64,000 bases of DNA from a candidate division FCPU426 bacterium (lineage in GTDB: Bacteria > Oederibacteriota > Muellerivitia > Muellerivitales > Muellerivitaceae), in assembly GCA_963719085.1 (NCBI GenBank), contig CAVRAL010000004.1:576001-640000 (forward strand). The letters run 5' to 3'. Of this stretch, positions 1 to 7,971 are shown piece after piece; positions within the stretch are counted from its first letter, which is position 1; every line of letters starts with the position of its first letter. Both the position numbers and the translations under genes were made by a program. The notes beneath the pieces were generated by a model. The model saw only the letters and a list, made by a program, of their open reading frames with translations, had not been told where the DNA came from and made no database searches.

Positions 1-544
1 CGGAGGCTCGGTTTTTTTGGACTCTCCCCGCGGCGCGTTGGCCGCCGAAGCTTTGAGCCTGCTCCGGCTGGCCCGGCAAAATTATTTTTTCCATCGGTTT
101 GAAGTTCAATACCGGCGCCTCGCGCCAAAAATTTTGGTGGAAGAATCCATTGGGCGGCCTTCCCCGCCGGATTTCCGCTTTTGGGCCTCCCGGGGCAGGC
201 TCTATTTCTGTCAATATAACGAAGGCGCCCCTCCCGATCTCCGGCAGGCTTTTTTCACGGTTCCTGATTATTCTCCCATTTTCCTGCCCAGCCGTTATCG
301 CTCCCCGATCTCCCCGCGCGCAAAACCTCCTCATTGGGATGCCATGCTCTCGATCGCTTCCCAGTTAAGCGCGCCCTTTGATTTGGTCCGCGTGGATTTG
401 TACGACCTGCCCCAAGGGGTTTATTTCGGGGAATTCACGCTCACTCCCAACGCCTCGGAACTTCCTTTCCGGGACCCGGCCTTCAGCCGCCGATGCCTGC
501 GGGAAATGCGGGCCCACCTGCGCTCGATACCCGAAAACCTTTGA
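1..544 (+). CDS. TupA-like ATP-grasp fold amidoligase family protein (5' truncated by window edge)
   Basis: Frame is open from position 2. Motifs PKILVEE, PPDFRF and FDLVRVDLY...VYFGEFTLTP are typical of TupA-like ATP-grasp proteins. Confidence 0.75.
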   Translation, partial: GGSVFLDSPRGALAAEALSLLRLARQNYFFHRFEVQYRRLAPKILVEESIGRPSPPDFRFWASRGRLYFCQYNEGAPPDLRQAFFTVPDYSPIFLPSRYRSPISPRAKPPHWDAMLSIASQLSAPFDLVRVDLYDLPQGVYFGEFTLTPNASELPFRDPAFSRRCLREMRAHLRSIPENL

Positions 545-596
545 AGTCCCCGGGGCCGGCGTTATGCTGGTGGCATTTTCAAACGGAGGGAACGCG

Positions 597-1091
597 ATGG
601 AAAACTGGAGTAATTTTTTTCTCGCCGTCTCCGGAACTTCCGGCGCGCTGATCGGCCTTTTATTCGTCGGACTCTCGATCAACTTAAAAACCATCCTTCG
701 TTTCGCGTCCCTGCCTTACCGGGCCCTGGAAGCCATCTTCCTTTTGTTCGGCGCGCTTCTGGTGGCCCTGCTGGTGCTGGTTCCGGGCCAAAGCCTGTTT
801 CTTTTAGGCATCGAGATCGCTTCACTTGGTTTTTTGACCTGGGGCGCCACGTCTTATTTCACTTGGGCCAGCTACCGCAAGCGCACGAAAGCGATCGAGA
901 AAAAATACGCCCCGACGCATTTCTTGATGATGCTGTTTGATCAGGTCACGACCTTGTCTTATCTCGTCGGCGGGTTTTTATTGATCAACAACGCTCCCGC
1001 GGGTTTTTACTGGCTGGTTCCCGCCATGCTGCTTTCACTGGTGATCGCGGTCACCGATTCCTGGGTTCTTTTGGTAGAGATCAACCGCTAA
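597..1091 (+). CDS. Conserved hypothetical integral membrane protein (about 5 TM helices)
   Basis: GGAGG RBS before ATG 597. Sequence W..FF.A..G.SGALIGLLFVGLSIN...SWVLLVEINR with several hydrophobic helices. Confidence 0.75.
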   Translation: MENWSNFFLAVSGTSGALIGLLFVGLSINLKTILRFASLPYRALEAIFLLFGALLVALLVLVPGQSLFLLGIEIASLGFLTWGATSYFTWASYRKRTKAIEKKYAPTHFLMMLFDQVTTLSYLVGGFLLINNAPAGFYWLVPAMLLSLVIAVTDSWVLLVEINR

Positions 1092-1131
1092 AATCACGGG
1101 TGGGATTGGATTTTCCGGGCGAAATTAACGG

Positions 1132-1196
1132 TTGAGCGAAAGGGCCCTTCGGCTACAATAGGCGGCCCTGACAGCGGTTTGGAAAATGTGTACAAT
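1132..1196 (+). promoter_or_regulatory. Tandem sigma70-type promoters for the tRNA-Ser genes
   Basis: TTGAGC-16-TACAAT (1132-1159) and CTGACA-17-TACAAT (1168-1196), upstream of the tRNA at 1229. Confidence 0.55.
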
Positions 1197-1228
1197 TGGT
1201 GAGCAGGCCCAGCCCGCTCACGCAAGCT

Positions 1229-1315
1229 GGAGGGTTAGTCCTAATTGGTAAGGCAGTGGACTTGAAATCCACCGGGGGAAACTCCTTGCAGGTTCGAGTC
1301 CTGCACCCTCCGCCA
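1229..1315 (+). tRNA. tRNA-Ser(TGA)
   Basis: GGAGGGT/ACCCTCC acceptor stem, anticodon arm GTGGA-CTTGAAA-TCCAC, long variable arm, GGTTCGAGTCC T-loop, G discriminator and encoded CCA. Confidence 0.95.
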
Positions 1316-1580
1316 TATAGCAATCCGCCTGAAAGGCGGCTTGCTATATGGCGAAGTTTGTACAGCGCGCGAACCGATAGGTTCGACGCCATCGACTAGC
1401 GTAGCGTTAGCGAAGCTGAAAGATGGCGGGACAAAAGTCTCCATCAAGAATCAAATAAAAAATGGTTCTTTTGTCCGGACGGTGTTTTCGTGTCTATCCG
1501 TTGACGGAATGTTTTGGGGTTGTTCGACGCGCCGTGAAGTTCGCTGATGCTTTTTTAATCGATCTACTTTGTTCCAGCCT

Positions 1581-1602
1581 GGAGAGATGGCCGATCGGCT
1601 GA
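1581..1602 (+). repeat. Duplicated 5' fragment of tRNA-Ser(GCT)
   Basis: GGAGAGATGGCCGATCGGCTGA matches 1716-1737 at 21 of 22 positions. Confidence 0.8.
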
Positions 1603-1715
1603 CGCCCAGCGGGGCGGGGCGAAGTTCCCGCTAAACTATAAATTTATTTGGTTTTACTTCGCCCAGGCGATACCACTTCGGTGGATCCTCGCCGCAAAGC
1701 AAGTAGAACTCTGAT

Positions 1716-1807
1716 GGAGAGATGGCCGAGCGGCTGAAGGCGACGGTTTGCTAAACCGTTAAAGGAGTCAAATCCTTTCAAGGGTTCGAATCCCTTTCTC
1801 TCCGCCA
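1716..1807 (+). tRNA. tRNA-Ser(GCT)
   Basis: GGAGAGA/TCTCTCC acceptor stem, anticodon arm ACGGT-TTGCTAA-ACCGT, long variable arm, GGTTCGAATCC T-loop, GCCA end. Confidence 0.95.
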
Positions 1808-1979
1808 CATGTCTCGCGCGCCCGCCCCATCCGGGGCGGCGAAGCGATCCCCTTGAAACCCTGGTTTTAGCCCTATTCAACCCGTCTCTTCGCCTTTTCG
1901 CTCCCCTTTCAGCCGGACTTTCGATAAAATGGCCTTAGATTCAACTAGCGGGCGCGAAGCCCCTGAACACGAGGATTCC

Positions 1980-2531
1980 GTGAAAACTTCTTTCTGGCAA
2001 AATCTCTTCTTCATCGCCCTTTTGGGATCCTCCACCGTGCTTTTGCCGGCCTGCGGCGGAAACGCGGTGAAAAGCAGCGACAATTCAACCCCCATGATGA
2101 ACGCCGAGTCCACGCCGGATACCAGCGCGCAATCTTCCAGCAGCGCCTCAACGGTTCCCGAAAATAGCTACGTGGAAAAATCCTCCTCGAAGTCCAAGTC
2201 CAGCGCGGTCAAGGCGCCGGTTTCCACGGTTCCCCTGGCTTCCGCGCCGACCCCTTTGCCGACTCAAGACATCAGCTCCGCCACACCCGTGGCCGAACCC
2301 GCGGCCGTCCCGCAAAAAAGCGGTTCCCATTTCCTCTGGTGGCTGCTGCTGATCCTGATCTTGGCCGGCATCGGCTGGTACTTCTGGAGCAAAAACCACA
2401 GCGACGAGGATGAGTTCCAACCCCATCCTCCTTCCGGCGGACTTTCACCGGTCAGCGGTTATACCGGCACCAAGCATTTGGAAGCCGATGAAAAGAAAGC
2501 CCCGTCCATTTGGACCCGGAAGCTTTTCTAA
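1980..2531 (+). CDS. Putative lipoprotein with Ser/Pro/Thr-rich linker and C-terminal TM helix
   Basis: GAGGA RBS before GTG 1980, lipobox-like LPAC, low-complexity linker, TM segment FLWWLLLILILAGIGWYFW. Confidence 0.7.
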   Translation: MKTSFWQNLFFIALLGSSTVLLPACGGNAVKSSDNSTPMMNAESTPDTSAQSSSSASTVPENSYVEKSSSKSKSSAVKAPVSTVPLASAPTPLPTQDISSATPVAEPAAVPQKSGSHFLWWLLLILILAGIGWYFWSKNHSDEDEFQPHPPSGGLSPVSGYTGTKHLEADEKKAPSIWTRKLF

Positions 2532-2560
2532 TTAAACTAAGTCGCTCAGCCTAAACCGCC

Positions 2561-3199
2561 ATGGCTTCCTTTTTTGAGCCCGATAGCCTGATGGAAGTCC
2601 TTCAACCCGACCGTTGTCCCATTTGTTTTCTCGTCCACGATTACGTTCAAAATTTCCTGCGCAACCTTTTGGAAGAAAGCGTCACCGATCCCCATACGAG
2701 GTCGCGGCTTTTAAAATCGAACGGGTTCTGCCGCCGGCACGCTTGGAACGGGGTGGGCCAGGCCCAGGCCTTGGGAATGGCGGTGCTTTATTCCCATTTG
2801 ATAAAAGATGGATTGGCGCGGATCCAGCGGGCCCCCTCAATCGCGCGCTTTTTGAAAAAGCAACCGCCCTGCCCCGTTTGTGAAGCCGAGCTGGAACACG
2901 AAAACATCCAAGTCAAACAATTCGCCGCCGGCTGGTCCCAATCCGAAGCCTTACGGGCGGCGTTTGAAACCCACGGCCTGCTTTGCCTGCCCCATTTGGG
3001 GAAAATACTGCCTCGAGTCAAAAAAAATTCTTACCGCTATCTTCTTTTACAGGCGGCGCAAAAGGCCTTGCGGCCGTTATTGAAAGATTTGAATGAATTC
3101 CTCGAAAAACAGGATTATCATCGGTCAAAAGAAGCGATGGGCCCCGAATGGGACGCTTGGATCCGCGCGGTTCGCGTGGTCAACGGGGAACGGGAGTAG
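2561..3199 (+). CDS. DUF6062-like Cys/His zinc-binding protein
   Basis: Duplicated CPxC ... (G/L)xCxxH modules: CPIC/GFCRRH and CPVC/LCLPH. Confidence 0.75.
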   Translation: MASFFEPDSLMEVLQPDRCPICFLVHDYVQNFLRNLLEESVTDPHTRSRLLKSNGFCRRHAWNGVGQAQALGMAVLYSHLIKDGLARIQRAPSIARFLKKQPPCPVCEAELEHENIQVKQFAAGWSQSEALRAAFETHGLLCLPHLGKILPRVKKNSYRYLLLQAAQKALRPLLKDLNEFLEKQDYHRSKEAMGPEWDAWIRAVRVVNGERE

Positions 3200-3203
3200 A
3201 AAA

Positions 3204-3650
3204 GTGCCGGAACCGCAAAATTTCAAGGAAAACCGCGACTGGGGCATCACGGATTACTATTTTATCGACCTCGTCATCATGCTGGCCTCCTCGGCCAAGA
3301 TCGACCTGGGCGAAATGGTGCATCCTTATTACAAGGATAAGGACCTCAACCTGCCCCGGGCCCGGGTCACCATTAATATGATCGCCTCGCTCATCAAAAA
3401 AACTTCCGGCAACCTGAACATTGAGGAAAAGAAAGTTTTAAAGGAAGTGTTGGAAGACCTGCAAAGAACCTATATCGACAAGTCCAAACAAGCCCAGACC
3501 ACCGCCGCAGAAAAAGAAAAGAACGCCCCGCCCAAAAGACCGCTGATCCCCACGCCCCCCGGCGCCGTCAAAGGCGACGTAAAGGACTGGATCCACATGG
3601 TTCAACAGGAAATCGCCAAGAAAAAGCAGAACCCACCCACCAAGCCCTGA
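3204..3650 (+). CDS. DUF1844 domain protein
   Basis: F..LV.MLASSA..DLG...HP...NLPRAR..I.M...L.KKTSGNL..EE..L...L..LQ..Y pattern. GTG start follows GGGAG. Confidence 0.75.
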   Translation: MPEPQNFKENRDWGITDYYFIDLVIMLASSAKIDLGEMVHPYYKDKDLNLPRARVTINMIASLIKKTSGNLNIEEKKVLKEVLEDLQRTYIDKSKQAQTTAAEKEKNAPPKRPLIPTPPGAVKGDVKDWIHMVQQEIAKKKQNPPTKP

Positions 3651-3701
3651 TTTCGGTTTTATTTTTACTAAAATAAATCAGGACAATGCCCTGATTTCCG
3701 C

Positions 3702-4829
3702 TTAAGCCACTGACAAGGGTCTTCCCTTCCAATGGCCCTTGCCTCTCAGACTCCACCCAATGGAGTTCACCCCGATGGCCGCGAACAATAAACATCCCAA
3801 CGGATGAAACAACACGGAAACTTTGCTCATGCCATAGCGCCAAGCCTGAACCCCCCGGGCCAGCCAAAGCGCCAGACACAAGGCCAGGGCCGCCGAACCC
3901 AGTGAATTTTTAAAACCAAAAGCCAAAACCACAAAGGGCAAGACCCCGTTGATCAAAAGCGCGGCCAAGACGTTTAAAACATAAAATTTCGAAAACCCTA
4001 CGGCGGCGAAAAAGTTTTTCGAGAACCCTTCCCAAACCTCCCGGGCATTGATGTACATCCGGCAATAAGAAAAATCGCTTCCGTCCCCATAGACAAGCCG
4101 GTAACCCGCCTTGACCACTTGTTTGCCAAAGTTAAGGTCTTCCACGATCTCGGCCTTGACCGTCGCATGGCCCCCAAAGGCGCGGTAAACGGCGCGGCGG
4201 ATAAAAACAAACTGGCCGCTGACGCCCGCGAGTTGGCTGAACCGGCTGTGCCGGTTCAGGGAAAGGCGCGCGGGGAAAAAGGCCAGCAGGTGAAAAGCCA
4301 TGACCGGGATGACCAGGGCCTCCATCCAAGTCCCGGTCACTTGCCGGGTCAAAAGGGTCATCGTGTCGGCCTTCCTGGCTTCGGCCATGGCCACCGTGCG
4401 TTTGAGCATTTCGGGCCCGTGCCAAGTATCGGCGTCCGTAAAAAAGAGCCACTCGCCTTTGGCCTTCTTGGCCAATTGAAAACAGGCCCAGGGTTTTCCC
4501 AGCCAGCCCTTGGCCAGTTCCCGGCCCCGAAAGACCTGAAGCCTTTTATCCTGGGGCGCTAATTTTTTCACAAAATGAAAGGTTTGGTCGGTGGAGCGGT
4601 CATCCAACACCAAAATCTCAAAAGAGGGATAATCCTGGGCCAAGAGGCTTTTCAGGCAGGGCCCAACGCGGTCTTCCTCGTTTCGGGCGGGGATTAAGAG
4701 GGAAACCCGGGGCCATCGGCGGCGCCGAAGGTCGACGGGGGCGGGTTTGGCGAATAAAAGGGTGTTTTCGAAAAGGCAGTAAAGTATGTAAACTGCCAGG
4801 AACCACCAAAGACAAGCGAGAAGAATCAT
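3702..4829 (-). CDS. GT2 glycosyltransferase, carotenoid glycosyltransferase (CruC/CrtQ-like)
   Basis: VSLLIPARNEE, DDRSTD, GWLGKPWAC, FTDAD, GQF, EIVED, CRMY and GFSKN motifs; C-terminal TMs; ends W-KGR. Confidence 0.8.
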   Translation of the reverse strand: MILLACLWWFLAVYILYCLFENTLLFAKPAPVDLRRRRWPRVSLLIPARNEEDRVGPCLKSLLAQDYPSFEILVLDDRSTDQTFHFVKKLAPQDKRLQVFRGRELAKGWLGKPWACFQLAKKAKGEWLFFTDADTWHGPEMLKRTVAMAEARKADTMTLLTRQVTGTWMEALVIPVMAFHLLAFFPARLSLNRHSRFSQLAGVSGQFVFIRRAVYRAFGGHATVKAEIVEDLNFGKQVVKAGYRLVYGDGSDFSYCRMYINAREVWEGFSKNFFAAVGFSKFYVLNVLAALLINGVLPFVVLAFGFKNSLGSAALALCLALWLARGVQAWRYGMSKVSVLFHPLGCLLFAAIGVNSIGWSLRGKGHWKGRPLSVA

Positions 4830-5973
4830 GAACCTGCTTTCCGGAATCGAACAAGATTTTCACCGGCCCCAAAAATCACCCGGGGCTTACGAATGGTGGC
4901 ACTTTGACGGCCAAGACGATCATAGCGGCTATTGTTTCTCGGCGCAATTTTACGCCGGCAACCCCCTGTCCCCCTATTACCAGGAAGCGCTGCGGCGTTA
5001 TTTGAAAGACGCCCAATCCCCCCTCGTCAGCCCGACGGTCGTCACGGCCCCGAACCCCTTGGACTTTTGCGGGGTGGTTTTTCGGGTTTTTAAGTCCGGG
5101 TCTTTAGTCGACGAGTTTAACCAGGAATTTTCGCCGGGCCAACTGAAGGCCTCCGAGGACCATCCGGCGGTTCTTTTAGGGCCTAATCGCTTTCATTGGG
5201 ACGCTTCCGCCGAGGAGCCCAACTATGTGGTGACGCTTCAAGGAAGGGTCTCGAACAACAAAACCTTAAGGGCCCGGCTTTTTTTCACGCCTGAAAAAAC
5301 CGCCGCGCTCCCCACGGAGTCTTCCGAGACTTTCCCCACCCATACCTGGGTTTTAGCCGCCCCCCGCTGCCGGCTGGAAGGAACCTTGCAATGGTGCGAC
5401 ACCGAGGGAGAAACACTAAAGGAAATTCTTTTGTCTGGCTCCGGCTACCATGACCATCATTTCGGAACCATCCCCTTAAACCGGTTTTTAAAAGCCTGGC
5501 ATTGGGGACATGCCGTTTTGGAATCCAAAACGATTATTTACTCTTATCAAAAACCCCAAGCCGCGGACGAGAAAACCAAGGGACTTTGGATGAGCTTGGA
5601 CGGGGGCGAGTTTAAGCTTTGGGATGTGGCGTTTGAGCCGTCCCAGGGCCGATTAAACTTTTTTGCCCTGCCTTACTCAAAAAAAATAGGCTTCACCGAT
5701 TTCGACAGCTTTGAGGTCCGCCACCAAACGATTCTGACCGATGGTCCGGCGTCGCTCATTTTCGAGGATGAGGTCCGTTGGACCCGGGAAGGCCGTTTAG
5801 TGACCGGCCGGGGAATATCGAATTACCTTTATCCCACCCGGCTTTCCAATCCTTTGTTTTTTCCCATGCTCAAAGGCAAAACCGACTGGATCGCCAAGCC
5901 GCGGGAAAGCAACACGGCGCCGAAGGATTTTGATGATGTGTCCACCCAAAGACCGGACTTGTCCGCCAAATAA
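4828..5973 (+). CDS. CrtC-like carotenoid 1,2-hydratase / lipocalin-like beta protein
   Basis: PGAYEWWHFDG, HTWVLAAPRC, GSGYHDHHFG and WHWGH motifs; adjacent to a carotenoid-type glycosyltransferase. Confidence 0.65.
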   Translation: MNLLSGIEQDFHRPQKSPGAYEWWHFDGQDDHSGYCFSAQFYAGNPLSPYYQEALRRYLKDAQSPLVSPTVVTAPNPLDFCGVVFRVFKSGSLVDEFNQEFSPGQLKASEDHPAVLLGPNRFHWDASAEEPNYVVTLQGRVSNNKTLRARLFFTPEKTAALPTESSETFPTHTWVLAAPRCRLEGTLQWCDTEGETLKEILLSGSGYHDHHFGTIPLNRFLKAWHWGHAVLESKTIIYSYQKPQAADEKTKGLWMSLDGGEFKLWDVAFEPSQGRLNFFALPYSKKIGFTDFDSFEVRHQTILTDGPASLIFEDEVRWTREGRLVTGRGISNYLYPTRLSNPLFFPMLKGKTDWIAKPRESNTAPKDFDDVSTQRPDLSAK

Positions 5974-6001
5974 AAAAGGCCCCCCAATTGGGGGAGCCTT
6001 T
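5972..6001 (-). terminator. Rho-independent terminator ending the ahpC transcript (possibly bidirectional)
   Basis: Minus strand reads AAAGGCTCCCCCAATTGGGGGGCCTTTTTT; the stem is complete with a G-U pair on this strand. Confidence 0.8.
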
Positions 6002-6024
6002 CACTTCACAAAAACGGATTTGAA

Positions 6025-6108
6025 TTACATCCCCACGTCGCCCATCTTAACCAGCGATTGGCTCCTCGGAGTGACGGAATCTTTATGTCATCCTTGGGGA
6101 GATTCCAT
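6025..6108 (-). other. Candidate 27-aa selenopeptide ORF MESPQG(U)HKDSVTPRSQSLVKMGDVGM
   Basis: ATG overlaps the ahpC stop (TGATG); in-frame TGA at 6090-6088; SECIS-like hairpin downstream; ends in TAA before the terminator. Confidence 0.4.
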
Positions 6109-6632
6109 CAGTTAAGCGTCTTCTGGCCGGGAGTCCAGCCGCAGCCCACCAGCTTGCCGGTCTCAAAAGCGGCCAGCGTGCGGATGGTTTCCTCGACGTT
6201 GCGGCCCACGGCCGTGTCGTTGACGGTGGAGTGCTTCAAGTTTCCGTCCGGATCAATGACGAAGGTGCCCCGCAAAGCGATTCCCTTATCCTCAATCAAA
6301 ACGCCGTAAGCGCGTGAAATTTGGTGCGCGGTGTCGGCCAAATGGGGGAACTTCAGCTTGCCCAAGGTCGGCGATTCCTGCCAAGCCTTGTGGCTGTAAA
6401 CGCTGTCGGTCGAGGCCGTGATGACTTCGGCGCCCATCTTTTTGAATTCTTCATACTTGTCATTGAACCCCTTGATCTCGGTCGGGCAGACAAAGGTGAA
6501 ATCGAGCGGATAGAAAAACAACACGACCCACTTTCCTTTGTAATCCGACAACTTGATCTCTTTGAATTCCCCGTTCGGCATCAACGCTTGGCCCTGGAAA
6601 TCAGGGGCTTTTTGTCCGACTTGAACTGGCAT
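6108..6632 (-). CDS. ahpC: 2-Cys peroxiredoxin (AhpC/Prx1)
   Basis: FFYPLDFTFVCPTE active site, ALRGTFVIDP, VGRN.EE, C-terminal GCGW; strong AAGGAGG RBS. Confidence 0.92.
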   Translation of the reverse strand: MPVQVGQKAPDFQGQALMPNGEFKEIKLSDYKGKWVVLFFYPLDFTFVCPTEIKGFNDKYEEFKKMGAEVITASTDSVYSHKAWQESPTLGKLKFPHLADTAHQISRAYGVLIEDKGIALRGTFVIDPDGNLKHSTVNDTAVGRNVEETIRTLAAFETGKLVGCGWTPGQKTLN

Positions 6633-6911
6633 CTTGTCCTCCTTGAATTTTAATTGGCTTTTCGGAACCGCTTCCCCGAAAGGGATTCGTACCGATTTTT
6701 GAAAAAGTTTAATAACGAAAACTTTTTCTTACCACGTGAACGAACCACTCGGTTCGTTCTACCCTGTGGCGGTCGGCAGGCCGCGAAAAAACTATGCACC
6801 CTGTTCAGTATCCGAAGGTCCAACCGGGGCTTGCAAGCCCCTTTTAAACTTTTTACCGGCTTTTCACCGGAACAGCGCTTTCCCTCGCTTCATCGGCTTG
6901 TCAGCCCGCTC

Positions 6912-7373
6912 TTATCGAAGACTTTTTTTGGGGCTTTGTTTTTTACGGCACTCCGGGCAATAACCCTTCAAATGCACCGAGTAATCCATAATCTCAAATC
7001 CTTGCAATCCCGCCGGCAAGTGGATGGCTTCCAGGGCTTCCTCTTCCAAATCCACGACCTTGTGGCATTTCACGCAGGTCAAATGGTGGTGGCGTTCCGT
7101 ATTGGGATCGTAGCGCGAGGCGGCGCCCAAATGGCTGGCCCGGTGAATGACACCGACCTCCACCAAGGTTTCCAGGACCCGGTAAACCGTGGCCCGGGAC
7201 AAGCCCGGTAAGCGGCCGGCCACCGCCTCATAGATTTGATCCGCCGTGGGATGGTCTTCCCGGCCCACCAGGGCTTCCAAAATGGCCCGGCGCTGGACCG
7301 TCAGGGGAATTCCCTGTTCCCGGCAGAGCTTTTCGAAGTTTTCCATTTTTTGGGAAGCGTGCAGGTGTTTCAT
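6912..7373 (-). CDS. perR: Fur-family regulator, PerR-like
   Basis: LT.QR, HPTA, SRATVYR, HHHLTCVKC and GYCPEC motifs; lies upstream of ahpC. Confidence 0.8.
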   Translation of the reverse strand: MKHLHASQKMENFEKLCREQGIPLTVQRRAILEALVGREDHPTADQIYEAVAGRLPGLSRATVYRVLETLVEVGVIHRASHLGAASRYDPNTERHHHLTCVKCHKVVDLEEEALEAIHLPAGLQGFEIMDYSVHLKGYCPECRKKQSPKKSLR

Positions 7374-7380
7374 AGATGAT

Positions 7381-7409
7381 AACTTATATCAAATAATAAT
7401 AATTGTCAA
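7381..7409 (-). promoter_or_regulatory. perR promoter with AT-rich Fur/PerR-box-like spacer
   Basis: TTGACA-ATTATTATTATTTGATA-TAAGTT, 7 nt before the ATG. Confidence 0.65.
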
Positions 7410-7504
7410 CTATAGCCCAAGCCTTTTTTCCAAGCCAAAGTCCAGGTTGTGGAGGCCTTTTCTTCCCTGCTAGAATGGGCCGAATTTTTGTCGCGGGGGT
7501 CTTT

Positions 7505-7930
7505 ATGCCGAATGAGGAAGCCGAAATTAAGATGATGAGCCTGGAAGAGGCGAACGCCCTCCTGCCCCAGGTCCATTTGTCCCTCAAGACGCTCCGCGAC
7601 CAGCGCTCTAAAATTTTAAGAATCCAAGCCCAAATTGAGATCGAGGAAATGACGGGATCCGATCGAGGCGGGGATTTGACGGCGCCGGCCCAAAAGGCCA
7701 TCGTGACCTTGATGGAAAATTTTCACGCCCAATCCCGGGCCTTTGAGCAGGAAATGGAAAAGCTCTTCCGAACCGGGGCCCAACTCAAGGATTTGGATTC
7801 GGGGCTGGTGGATTTTTACAGCCGCCGGGACGGGGAAATCGTGTTTTTGTGCTGGAAAGAAGGCGAAGCGGAAATCCTGCATTGGCATAGCCTGCAGGGG
7901 GGCTTCCAAAATCGCCGGCCTTTAGCTTAA
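7505..7930 (+). CDS. DUF2203 domain protein
   Basis: EEANALLP, G.QLKDLD.GLVDF, FLCWK.GE..I.HWH....GF..RRPL. Confidence 0.85.
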   Translation: MPNEEAEIKMMSLEEANALLPQVHLSLKTLRDQRSKILRIQAQIEIEEMTGSDRGGDLTAPAQKAIVTLMENFHAQSRAFEQEMEKLFRTGAQLKDLDSGLVDFYSRRDGEIVFLCWKEGEAEILHWHSLQGGFQNRRPLA

Positions 7931-7971
7931 CTATCCCCATTAATTCATTGAGCCAATAAAAGGAGTTTTTC

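Noticed and set aside
1153..1880. Short ORFs overlapping the tRNA region
   Set aside because: They are translations of tRNA and hairpin sequence, with no coding signal.
1229..2531. Genomic island integrated at the tRNA-Ser genes
   Set aside because: No integrase, no 3' tRNA duplication seen in the window, and the downstream genes look native.
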